The position numbers and the translations under genes are program-made. Shown piece after piece: positions 25,725 to 33,147 of a DNA stretch of 35,639 nucleotides. The notes below the pieces were generated by a model, which was not told where the DNA came from, made no database searches, and saw only the letters and a program-made list of their open reading frames with translations. The stretch lies in contig CAIRYL010000119.1 in NCBI GenBank assembly GCA_903882825.1, positions 1-35,639 of the forward strand, given 5' to 3'. How positions within the stretch are numbered: position 1 is the first letter of the stretch; each line of letters opens with the position of its first letter. This stretch comes from an uncultured Candidatus Peregrinibacteria bacterium. GTDB lineage: Bacteria; Patescibacteriota; Gracilibacteria; CAIRYL01.

Positions 25725-27275
25725 TTACATCATTTCTTCTTGTGGATGAGATTTTTTAAAAATTGATTTTATTTCTGGTGTAAAAAATTTTAAAAATGAA
25801 AGCATCCCCAAAAAAAGTATAACGGAGAAAACCAGAATAAACAGAAGCGTCATGGGCGAAGATCCAAATCCTGGAATAGCCAATCGTATTAAAAATATTC
25901 CTACCGCCATTATACTGGTGGCAATAATAATTTTAAAAGATGGAAGAATGGGAGGAAGAAAAGAAGTGTGTTGTGAGAGAAAAAACCATCCAAAACCTGT
26001 TACCGCACATTCCGAAATAATAGCGGAAATCGAGGCTCCTAAAAGCCCATATTTTGGGATAAGAAAAAGGTTTGAAATAAAATTTATACTGAGGGCAATT
26101 CCATTAATCCACATTACTTTTTGTTGTTGGTTATAGGAAATAAGGCAATAATTAAAAAAAGTAGACAAAAAAGAAAGGAAAAGCGGAATACAGAGAATTT
26201 TAAAAGCAGTATCCGCCCCTAAAATTCCAAGACTGGCATCAGTGAGCATTTTTGAATCAGCTAAACTCGCAGAAATAGGTGTAGCCAGCATTATTCCACC
26301 TCCAGCAATGGGAAGCCCTAGCGCAAATAAAAAAAGGAATGAAGATCTTAAAATTTGGAGAATATGAGGAGAGGATTCTTCAATAGATTTTGCGAGGAGC
26401 GGGAGTACAGAATTCATAAAAAATAACGGAAGAAGGAGGAGTACGTCCATCATCCTAATGGCTACATAGTATTTTCCGCTTTCTAAATCACCACAAAATT
26501 GGGCTATACATATTCCATTTTCTGATCTGGGTAATAAAAATCCCAATAGCAAAAACCCCATTCTAAAATAAAGTGTTCCTAAAATCATGGAAAGTCCGAA
26601 TGGTAGGCTTTGCAGAAAAAGTTTTTGCATTCCATTTTTTTGGAATGAAAAATGAAGAGGAAGTTCACGTTGGGTAAACAAAAAGGTCATTCCAAATGTA
26701 AACAAAGAACCAAAAATTCCCATACTTAAAATCCATAAAAAAGAGGAAGAAGATGATTCTGGACTGTAATACTGTGTAATCCACAAAACTCCTAAAAATG
26801 TAAATAATTTCCCTAAAATAAGCGAGTATGAGTGAAATCTCATCTTCCAAAAAAGTTGTAAGATTATGGAAACCGTCCCACTCATGAGGACAAAAAAAGT
26901 GGCAATGGAGGCAAAAATAACACCAGTCGGAATAATCGTTCCGGTGTATGCCGGAATAAAAAATGCGCTTCCCATTGCGAGGAGCATTGCGCCTCCTGTA
27001 AGAATAAGTCTGAGAGAGAATGCGTTGGAATAAATTTCATTCCGGAGTTCATCATGTTTCGACATTTCTCGGAGGGCAAGGGTGTAAATGCCCATATCTG
27101 CAATAGCTCCAAAAAATGCAAGAAATTCATAAATAGTTCCATAATCCCCAAATTCGGAAGTGTTAAAATAAGAGGATAAAATTCGTACTGTAAATAAAGC
27201 CAATATGGCAGTTCCAATTTTTCCAAAAATTTGTGCAAAAGTATTTCCAAGAATTTGTTGAGCGATATGGCGCAT
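25725..27275 (-). CDS. MOP-superfamily polysaccharide/oligosaccharide flippase (Wzx-like)
   Basis: 516 aa with about 14 predicted TM segments. The N-terminus QQILGNTFAQIFGKIGTAILALFTVRILSSYF is typical of Polysacc_synt/Wzx flippases. It lies 27-48 nt upstream of lspA on the same strand. Confidence 0.65.
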   Translation of the reverse strand: MRHIAQQILGNTFAQIFGKIGTAILALFTVRILSSYFNTSEFGDYGTIYEFLAFFGAIADMGIYTLALREMSKHDELRNEIYSNAFSLRLILTGGAMLLAMGSAFFIPAYTGTIIPTGVIFASIATFFVLMSGTVSIILQLFWKMRFHSYSLILGKLFTFLGVLWITQYYSPESSSSSFLWILSMGIFGSLFTFGMTFLFTQRELPLHFSFQKNGMQKLFLQSLPFGLSMILGTLYFRMGFLLLGFLLPRSENGICIAQFCGDLESGKYYVAIRMMDVLLLLPLFFMNSVLPLLAKSIEESSPHILQILRSSFLFLFALGLPIAGGGIMLATPISASLADSKMLTDASLGILGADTAFKILCIPLFLSFLSTFFNYCLISYNQQQKVMWINGIALSINFISNLFLIPKYGLLGASISAIISECAVTGFGWFFLSQHTSFLPPILPSFKIIIATSIMAVGIFLIRLAIPGFGSSPMTLLFILVFSVILFLGMLSFLKFFTPEIKSIFKKSHPQEEMM

Positions 27276-27383
27276 ATATTTAAAAAATTCACATCCAGGA
27301 GTGTAGGGGAGTGCGCCATATAAAAAAAGAGAGATTGTTTTAGGAAAATACTGGAAAAATTTTATAAAAAAAGGTAGAATGCC

Positions 27384-27884
27384 ATGAACAATCTTTATTT
27401 TTACGCATTTTTAGAAATGGAATCCTATAAAATTCCTCGGGAAGTCCAAATAGAAGATCGAATTTTCGGTCCTATTACCATGCGCAGACTCATTATTTTG
27501 TCTGTGGGTGGAGGATTTACATACTTGGTTTGGTTAAAGTTAGGGAAAACATATGGACCTGCGGTTTGGGGAATCCCTGTTTTTTTATTTGGAAGTCTTA
27601 CTTTGGCATGGGCTTTTTTAGAACCACTCGGTATACGATTTGGGAAATTTTTATTACGTTTGGTAGAATTTATGATTCATCCCAAAATTCTTACTTTTGA
27701 TAAAAGGTTTTCACAACAAGTTTTTTTTCAGTTTATTGAATCTCAATCAAGAAATCAGAATTTTTCTGAAAAGAAAAATGGTCCAAATGAATCAGAAATT
27801 TACAATGAAAAACAAAAAACATTAGAACGTCTTCATGAAATTACACCACTTCTGGATATGGATAATAGACTCTCTCATTCATAA
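27384..27884 (+). CDS. PrgI-family (VirB3-like) small membrane protein
   Basis: YKIPREVQIEDRIFGPITMRRLIILSVGGGFTYLVW followed by a second TM segment matches the N-terminal signature and 2-TM topology of the PrgI family from Gram-positive conjugation systems. ATG 27417 (MESYKIP...) is an alternative start. Confidence 0.55.
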   Translation: MNNLYFYAFLEMESYKIPREVQIEDRIFGPITMRRLIILSVGGGFTYLVWLKLGKTYGPAVWGIPVFLFGSLTLAWAFLEPLGIRFGKFLLRLVEFMIHPKILTFDKRFSQQVFFQFIESQSRNQNFSEKKNGPNESEIYNEKQKTLERLHEITPLLDMDNRLSHS

Positions 27885-27886
27885 AT

Positions 27887-28597
27887 ATGCCTGAAATTGA
27901 TGAACAAGAAACCGTTCGGCAAAAAAAAGGAGGACAACGAAAAAGTGTCCAATCACATTTACCCATTTCCGAAATTCGTGATGGTTTAGTACTTTTAAAA
28001 AATGGAGGTGTTCGTGCAGTACTCAAAACTTCTAGTATTAATTTCCATCTCAAATCTGAAGATGAACAATTAGCAACGATTAACGCATATCAAGGATTTT
28101 TAAATTCTCTCGATTTCCCTATTCAAATTCTTATTCGGTCTCGAAAACTTGATTTGGATGATTATTTTGAACATTTACAACAAAGAATTTTTCAAGAAGA
28201 AAATCCTGTTATTAAAGGACAAACGCGAGAATATTTAGAATATATTAAAAAACTCGTAGAATATGCCGATATTATGGAGAAAAATTTTTATGTTGTGATT
28301 CCTAAAAATCCAAAGCGAGTAGAAAATAAAGGAGTTTTTCAATCCTTTTGGGATAATATTACGCCAGAAGATTCATTAGAAAAAGTGAGTTTGAGATATA
28401 GTGAATATAAAGCATTAAAAGAAGGTATAGAAAAACGAATAGATACGGTAAAAGCAGGATTAGAGAGATGTGGTTTGAGAGTCGAGCAAATGGGAACACA
28501 ATCTCTTATTGAAATGTATTATCATATTTTTAATCCGGAAGTTTCTCGGCGTGAAAAATTAGGCAATGTAGAAGAGTATTACGTTACAGGGCGTTGA
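27887..28597 (+). CDS. Stand-alone VirB4/TrsE/PrgJ N-terminal-domain-like protein (no ATPase domain)
   Basis: LPISEIRDGLVLLKNGGVRAVLKTSSINFHLKSEDEQLATINAYQGFLNSLDFPIQILIRSRKLDLDDY resembles the N-terminal region of Gram-positive VirB4-type ATPases. The ORF ends after 236 aa with no Walker A/B. It starts 2 nt after the PrgI-like stop codon. Confidence 0.5.
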   Translation: MPEIDEQETVRQKKGGQRKSVQSHLPISEIRDGLVLLKNGGVRAVLKTSSINFHLKSEDEQLATINAYQGFLNSLDFPIQILIRSRKLDLDDYFEHLQQRIFQEENPVIKGQTREYLEYIKKLVEYADIMEKNFYVVIPKNPKRVENKGVFQSFWDNITPEDSLEKVSLRYSEYKALKEGIEKRIDTVKAGLERCGLRVEQMGTQSLIEMYYHIFNPEVSRREKLGNVEEYYVTGR

Positions 28598-28633
28598 TTT
28601 TTTTAAAAGGTTTTAGTGTTTTTGTTTTTTTTG

Positions 28634-28663
28634 AAGTCAAAAAAAATGCTGACTTGTTTTTTT
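28634..28663 (+). terminator. Weak hairpin plus T-tract
   Basis: aagtca aaaaaaatgc tgactt g ttttttt: a 6-bp stem, 10-nt loop and a T7 tract. Confidence 0.3.
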
Positions 28664-28706
28664 ATCAATATAAAAGGCAAAATAGAATCGATTTTTTTGT
28701 TTTTGT

Positions 28707-29633
28707 ATGCCTCTCGAAATTTCTCAATTTTCAAGTGATTACCAATCTTCGTGGATAAAAGGAGTATTTTTCTTTATGATCTCTGTTTTTTCTACAATTT
28801 TTGTGTGGAATGCTTATGATATGATTTCTCCTCTTGTTTTTTTCCTTGTATTTTTTGGATTTTCTATAGGAGGGGTGGTTTTTTCTGCATTTTTACAAGG
28901 ATCACGATTTTTTGCCCTTGGATATCCCCTTACGTTTCTTTTTATCACTCAAATTTTTGGTCTTTCTGGAAATTATTTTTGGATATTTTTTGGTTTGGGT
29001 ATTACGTTTGCAGTTCTTTTTTTTACGTTGTATATCGAACTTTCTGAAAGAGTTCAGATTTCATTTTTAGTACTGGTTCCACGGGCTATTTCAAAAGCTT
29101 TTTTTATTTTCCTCCTCGTTATTTCTCTGGTGATGGCTTCTACGGTTCCACTTCCTGACCTTTTAGCGAAAATTTTTGAAAGTAACGTTTTTACCGAAAC
29201 ACTTCAGAAAATAAATACCGGGGTTCTGTCTTCTCCTTCTGTGTTACAGTCTTTAGAAGAACAAAAAAAAGAAATTTTAAAGACGTGTGGTGGAGATACA
29301 GAATGTGAAAAAGTCGCGAATATCCAAATGGAAAAACAATTATTAGCAGGAAAAAACACCTCATCAATGGCAATTCAAGAGCAATTAAAAAGTATAATTA
29401 CCCCAGAATTGTTCCAGTCTCAAATTTCAGATCTCCCCTATGCTTCCTTTCTTCCTGTAAGCTTCACACAAAATATAGGAGTTTTTTTCCTGGTTTTACT
29501 TTTCGGGCTTCCTTTTATATCTATTTTTTCATTATTAGGGTCACTTCTTATTTATCCTATTTTTATTATATTAAGACTTTTCCAGGTATTTACACTTCAT
29601 ACTCGTTCCGTAAATCAAGAATATTTTGTGTAA
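28707..29633 (+). CDS. Polytopic membrane protein, function unknown
   Basis: 308 aa. About 5 TM segments in the first 150 aa, a roughly 100-aa soluble loop (…KTCGGDTECEKV…), and 2 more TM segments at the C-terminus. No recognisable motif. Confidence 0.6.
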   Translation: MPLEISQFSSDYQSSWIKGVFFFMISVFSTIFVWNAYDMISPLVFFLVFFGFSIGGVVFSAFLQGSRFFALGYPLTFLFITQIFGLSGNYFWIFFGLGITFAVLFFTLYIELSERVQISFLVLVPRAISKAFFIFLLVISLVMASTVPLPDLLAKIFESNVFTETLQKINTGVLSSPSVLQSLEEQKKEILKTCGGDTECEKVANIQMEKQLLAGKNTSSMAIQEQLKSIITPELFQSQISDLPYASFLPVSFTQNIGVFFLVLLFGLPFISIFSLLGSLLIYPIFIILRLFQVFTLHTRSVNQEYFV

Positions 29634-29636
29634 TCA

Positions 29637-30530
29637 ATGGGAAATAATTATCATTTTTCTTCGAGTTCTCTACTGGTGGTCGCGTTTTCTGGAGGACCAG
29701 ATTCGGTATATGCAGTAGAAAATCTTTCTCATAATGGATTTAAAAACCTTATTCTGGCGCATTTTCATCATCATATACGAAATGAAGAAGCAGAAAAAGA
29801 TGCAATTTTTTGTGAACAGTATGCACAAAAAAATGGCTATCGGTGGGCAAGAGGGGACTGGGAAACTCCAGAAAATAGTGAAGAAAAAGCACGTAAAGCG
29901 CGTTATACATTTTTAGAAAAAATACGAGAAGAATCCGAAGCAAAAGCCATTGTAACCGGTCATCATGCGGATGATATGGCGGAAACAATTTTTTTGCAGT
30001 TTTTAAGAGGAGGTGGAATGAGGGGGTTGAAAGGAATGGAAGAATGGGACGATATTCGTAAAATTTGGAGACCTTTTTTAGGCGTTCAAAAATGCGAAAT
30101 TGTACAATTTTTACAAGATAAAAAAATCCCATTTTGTATTGATTCTTCAAATAATGAATCGATATTTACTCGAAATTTTTTACGAAACAAAATTTTCCCA
30201 CTTCTTCAAGATCGATTTCCTGGATTTTCTCAAAGAATTTTAAAAAATACTGAGTATATTGCGTCTACGGTATCTTTTTTGGAATCTGTAGCAGAGGAAT
30301 TTTTAGCATTTTATCCTTCACCGTATTTTGAAAAAGATCATTTTTTTTCGCTTCATCCCACTGTCCGGTATGAAGTATTGAGAAAAATATGTTCTCCATT
30401 TTTTGGAGATTCATTACCGATTGAACAAATAGAAGAATTTTTAAAAAATGGAAAAAGTGGTAAAAAATGGCAAGGAAAAGGGAAAATATTTACTATTTTT
30501 GGAAAAAACGTTTTTTATGAATCAATATGA
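29637..30530 (+). CDS. tilS: tRNA(Ile)-lysidine synthetase
   Basis: PP-loop VAFSGGPDSVY, TGHHADDMAETIFLQFLRGGG, RPFL and IPFCIDSSN. Confidence 0.88.
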   Translation: MGNNYHFSSSSLLVVAFSGGPDSVYAVENLSHNGFKNLILAHFHHHIRNEEAEKDAIFCEQYAQKNGYRWARGDWETPENSEEKARKARYTFLEKIREESEAKAIVTGHHADDMAETIFLQFLRGGGMRGLKGMEEWDDIRKIWRPFLGVQKCEIVQFLQDKKIPFCIDSSNNESIFTRNFLRNKIFPLLQDRFPGFSQRILKNTEYIASTVSFLESVAEEFLAFYPSPYFEKDHFFSLHPTVRYEVLRKICSPFFGDSLPIEQIEEFLKNGKSGKKWQGKGKIFTIFGKNVFYESI

Positions 30531-30880
30531 TGGAGTTTTTTGGAACCGTAATAAGCGGAGATGGTATTGGAAAAACGTTAGGTTTCCCAACTATAAATAT
30601 GAGTACAGAAGAGATTCTTACAGAAACTGGTGTGTTTTCAGTGCATATTCAATTTCTCCATGATCCCCAAAAATTTGTGGGGATTTTACATCTTGGACCA
30701 AGACCAACTCTTCATAAATTAGAAAAAAGGGTGGAAATATTTGTGCTCAACTTTTCAAAAACCGTATTAAACGGCACAATGGTCAAGGTTTCTATGGGGA
30801 AAAAAATTCGTGATGTCCAAAAATTTGATTCTCTTGATGATTTAAAAATACAGATACAAAAAGATATAGAGATGATTTGA
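30527..30880 (+). CDS. Monofunctional riboflavin kinase (RibF C-terminal-domain type)
   Basis: GTVISGDGIGKTLGFPTINM, GVFSVHI, LHLGPRPT and a C-terminal F..L..L...I..D motif. 117 aa with no FAD-synthetase domain. ATGA overlap with tilS (30527-30530). Confidence 0.8.
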   Translation: MMEFFGTVISGDGIGKTLGFPTINMSTEEILTETGVFSVHIQFLHDPQKFVGILHLGPRPTLHKLEKRVEIFVLNFSKTVLNGTMVKVSMGKKIRDVQKFDSLDDLKIQIQKDIEMI

Positions 30881-30882
30881 AA

Positions 30883-31494
30883 TTATGAAATATTTTTCTT
30901 TATTTCATATCCTAAAAAATAACTCAACAGTTTTTCGCCTTCTATTCCTGACTTTTCGGGATGGAATTGTATACCGGTTATATTTTGTTTTTGTACTGCT
31001 GAGCAAAATATTTTTTTATCATATTCGGTTTCTCCTAAAATATACTGTGTATCGTCTGGGATGCAGTAGTATGAATGCACAAAATAAAAATCTTGAAGTG
31101 GGAAATTTGTCTTTTCTGGTTCTCTTTGAAAGGAAACAGTGTTCCATCCGGTATGTGGGACAATACCTACTTCCTGCAGATTAAATTTTTTAACTTTTCC
31201 AGGAATAAGTCCAAGACATGGAGTGTTTCCTTCTTCTGAAAAATCAAATAACAGTTGCATTCCGAGGCAAATGCCCAGAATTGGTTTTTTGTAGTTTCTT
31301 AAAAAAACATCTATTTTTTTCTCCTGCAATAATTGCATAGCGCTTTTAGCATGCCCTACTCCAGGAAAAAGAATTTGATCTGTTTTTTGTAAATCTTCAA
31401 CATTTCCAGAAACTATAAATGGTATTTTTAAACGGTGTAAAGCGTTTGTAATACTTTTAATATTTCCTGCATCGTAATTTATAACGCCTATCAT
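30883..31494 (-). CDS. hisH: Class-I glutamine amidotransferase, HisH-like (imidazole glycerol phosphate synthase subunit H family)
   Basis: IGVINYDAGNIKSITNAL, LFPGVGHAKSAM, PILGICLGMQLLF (nucleophile Cys), VPHTGWN, FYFVHSYY and GIQFHPEKSG (His/Glu of the triad). Confidence 0.85.
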   Translation of the reverse strand: MIGVINYDAGNIKSITNALHRLKIPFIVSGNVEDLQKTDQILFPGVGHAKSAMQLLQEKKIDVFLRNYKKPILGICLGMQLLFDFSEEGNTPCLGLIPGKVKKFNLQEVGIVPHTGWNTVSFQREPEKTNFPLQDFYFVHSYYCIPDDTQYILGETEYDKKIFCSAVQKQNITGIQFHPEKSGIEGEKLLSYFLGYEIKKNIS

Positions 31495-31742
31495 ATCATC
31501 ATTTGGTTGAGTTTTCCTTCATCATTGAGCTTTTTAAGATTGTCAAAACCACCGACAAAGGTTTCTCCTATAAAAATCATGGGAACCGTTCGATGATTAT
31601 GTTCTTCTACGAGCGTAAAAAATTCTTCTGGATGTTCTTCTACAGAAATTTCTTCGTATGCGTATTTTTTTGCTTTTAGAAGTTCTTTTGCGGCAACGCA
31701 GTATGGGCAATGAGATTTTGTAAAAATACGAATAGCATTCAT
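31491..31742 (-). CDS. grxC: Glutaredoxin
   Basis: 83 aa with CPYC active site (IFTKSHCPYCVAAKELL), TVPMIF and GGFDNL. The stop forms an ATGA overlap with the hisH-like start (31491-31494). Confidence 0.88.
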   Translation of the reverse strand: MNAIRIFTKSHCPYCVAAKELLKAKKYAYEEISVEEHPEEFFTLVEEHNHRTVPMIFIGETFVGGFDNLKKLNDEGKLNQMMI

Positions 31743-31789
31743 AAAAAATGTAAAAAAAGCTTTTGAAGCGTATCAAAAAGGAGGAGTAT

Positions 31790-32569
31790 ATGAAAGGTGT
31801 TTTCATTTTTTTAAGAGTGTGGTATAATACCACGAGTTTTTTATCTTTTATGAATTATTTTTTACACAGTGTCGAATCTTTCTTTGTGAATTTTTTACAA
31901 GCTATTCGTCCATTTTTTGATACTGCACTGGATAAAAGTGATGAATTTTTTCTTTCTCTGCTTTTATTACTATTTGGATGGTGGCTTGGGAAAATAGTAG
32001 AAGAAATTATTGTTAAAATTGGGAATCGTCCTTTTTTACAAAAAATTTCTGAGAGGAGTGGGTTTTCTGAACTTTTAAAAAAAGCGGATATAAATGAACC
32101 TCCTGCTCGAGTAATTGGGCAATTTATGAAAGGATATATTTTTTCACTCTTTATTTTATCGGTTGCAAAATTACTAGAAATTAACGCCATTGCGGAATTT
32201 TTAGAAAATATAATTCGATATATTCCCAATATTATTATTGCACTCGTCATTGTTCTTTTTGGGATTCAGGTGGCAGATACGTCTTCGGCGGTGATTAAAA
32301 GTGGATTTAAAGTTGCCAATTCTTCTTCTGGAAAAATTCTTTCTATCGTTGCGAAGGGCATTATTGTAACATTTGCAATTTTGGCAGCACTTGCTCAACT
32401 AAAAATTGCTCAAGATCTTATACAGGTATTATTTATTGGTTTTGTTGGGGCTATTGCGCTTTCTGGCGGGCTTGCTTTTGGGCTTGGAGGGAAAAAAATT
32501 GTAGAAGAATTTTTAGATGATTTACGAGGAAGTACGAAAGAAGAAAAAGAAGACGTACAGGAGAAATAA
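31790..32569 (+). CDS. Membrane protein with conserved TM-helix repeats (mechanosensitive-channel-related family)
   Basis: IIALVIVLFGIQVAD...ILSIVAKGIIVTFAILAALAQLKIA...FIGFVGAIALSGGLAFGLGGK resembles the 'conserved TM helix' repeat proteins. ATG 31790 follows the only strong SD in the window (AGGAGG 31779-31784, 5-nt spacer). ATG 31850 (MNYFLHS...) is an alternative. Confidence 0.55.
   Translation: MKGVFIFLRVWYNTTSFLSFMNYFLHSVESFFVNFLQAIRPFFDTALDKSDEFFLSLLLLLFGWWLGKIVEEIIVKIGNRPFLQKISERSGFSELLKKADINEPPARVIGQFMKGYIFSLFILSVAKLLEINAIAEFLENIIRYIPNIIIALVIVLFGIQVADTSSAVIKSGFKVANSSSGKILSIVAKGIIVTFAILAALAQLKIAQDLIQVLFIGFVGAIALSGGLAFGLGGKKIVEEFLDDLRGSTKEEKEDVQEK
31800..31828 (+). promoter_or_regulatory. 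Candidate extended -10 promoter (TTTTCA-N17-TGgTATAAT)
   Basis: ttttca (31800-31805), 17 nt spacer, then tgg tataat (TATAAT 31823-31828, with TG at 31820-31821). It lies inside the ORF if the CDS starts at 31790, and upstream of the alternative ATG at 31850. Confidence 0.3.
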
Positions 32570-32580
32570 ATAAAAATGTT

Positions 32581-33147
32581 TTATTTTCCTCTTTTATACC
32601 CTTTTTGCATTGCTTCTTCCTCGTTTGCAAAAAAGATACGATTTTTTACGGCAAGCGTGTCTGCCTTTGTATGATCGAGTGGATAAAAATATTTTCCGCT
32701 TTTAGAAGCTACAAATTGCATTCCTTTTGGTGCTGGAATTTTTTCAAGATTTGGGAGAATTTCAGTAATTTCTGTGGAAAAATTTCCAGATGGATATACG
32801 GAAATTTCTGAATCTTTTCCTATTTTTAGTCGAATTTCCGAACTTTCTGAGATTCCATAGAGTATTCCGTTTTCTATTTTTTGAAGCTGAATGACGGGAA
32901 TAAGCCCTGGAGATTGATTTTCATGAGAAAATGGAATTTTCTCCTCGAAAAAAAAATGCCGTTCCAGCACAATACCTATGAAAATTCCAATGCAGAATAT
33001 TCCGAGCACGCCTACGATATACCTTCCCTTTTCCATATCATCATGAAAAAATCGTTTTTCCACCTTGGTTCTACTCCTCGCCTTTCCATGGAAGAAATTA
33101 TACGGTTTTTCCCGGGTGCTGACTATTCTTTTCATTCGTTTGAACAT
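32581..33147 (-). CDS. Small membrane-anchored protein, function unknown
   Basis: One TM segment (IVGVLGIFCIGIFIGIVL). The C-terminal tail SGKYFYPLDHTKADTLAVKNRIFFANEEEAMQKGYK resembles a short module seen on many anchored proteins, but without its Cys residues. The start is uncertain: ATG 33147, 33135 or 33036. Confidence 0.5.
   Translation of the reverse strand: MFKRMKRIVSTREKPYNFFHGKARSRTKVEKRFFHDDMEKGRYIVGVLGIFCIGIFIGIVLERHFFFEEKIPFSHENQSPGLIPVIQLQKIENGILYGISESSEIRLKIGKDSEISVYPSGNFSTEITEILPNLEKIPAPKGMQFVASKSGKYFYPLDHTKADTLAVKNRIFFANEEEAMQKGYKRGK

Noticed and set aside
26882-27319. A 145-aa minus-strand ORF overlapping the 5' part of the flippase gene and the intergenic region.
   Set aside because: It is an alternative frame of the 516-aa flippase ORF, which has convincing polytopic topology. 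It shows no independent signals.
32881-33042. An N-terminal extension of the methylase-like ORF (ORF-track start 32881).
   Set aside because: It would overlap the opposite-strand gene by 267 nt. The extension (MKLNDGNKPWRLIFMRKWNF...) looks like shadow sequence, and the family-typical N-terminus begins at MKKSFFHLG (33043).
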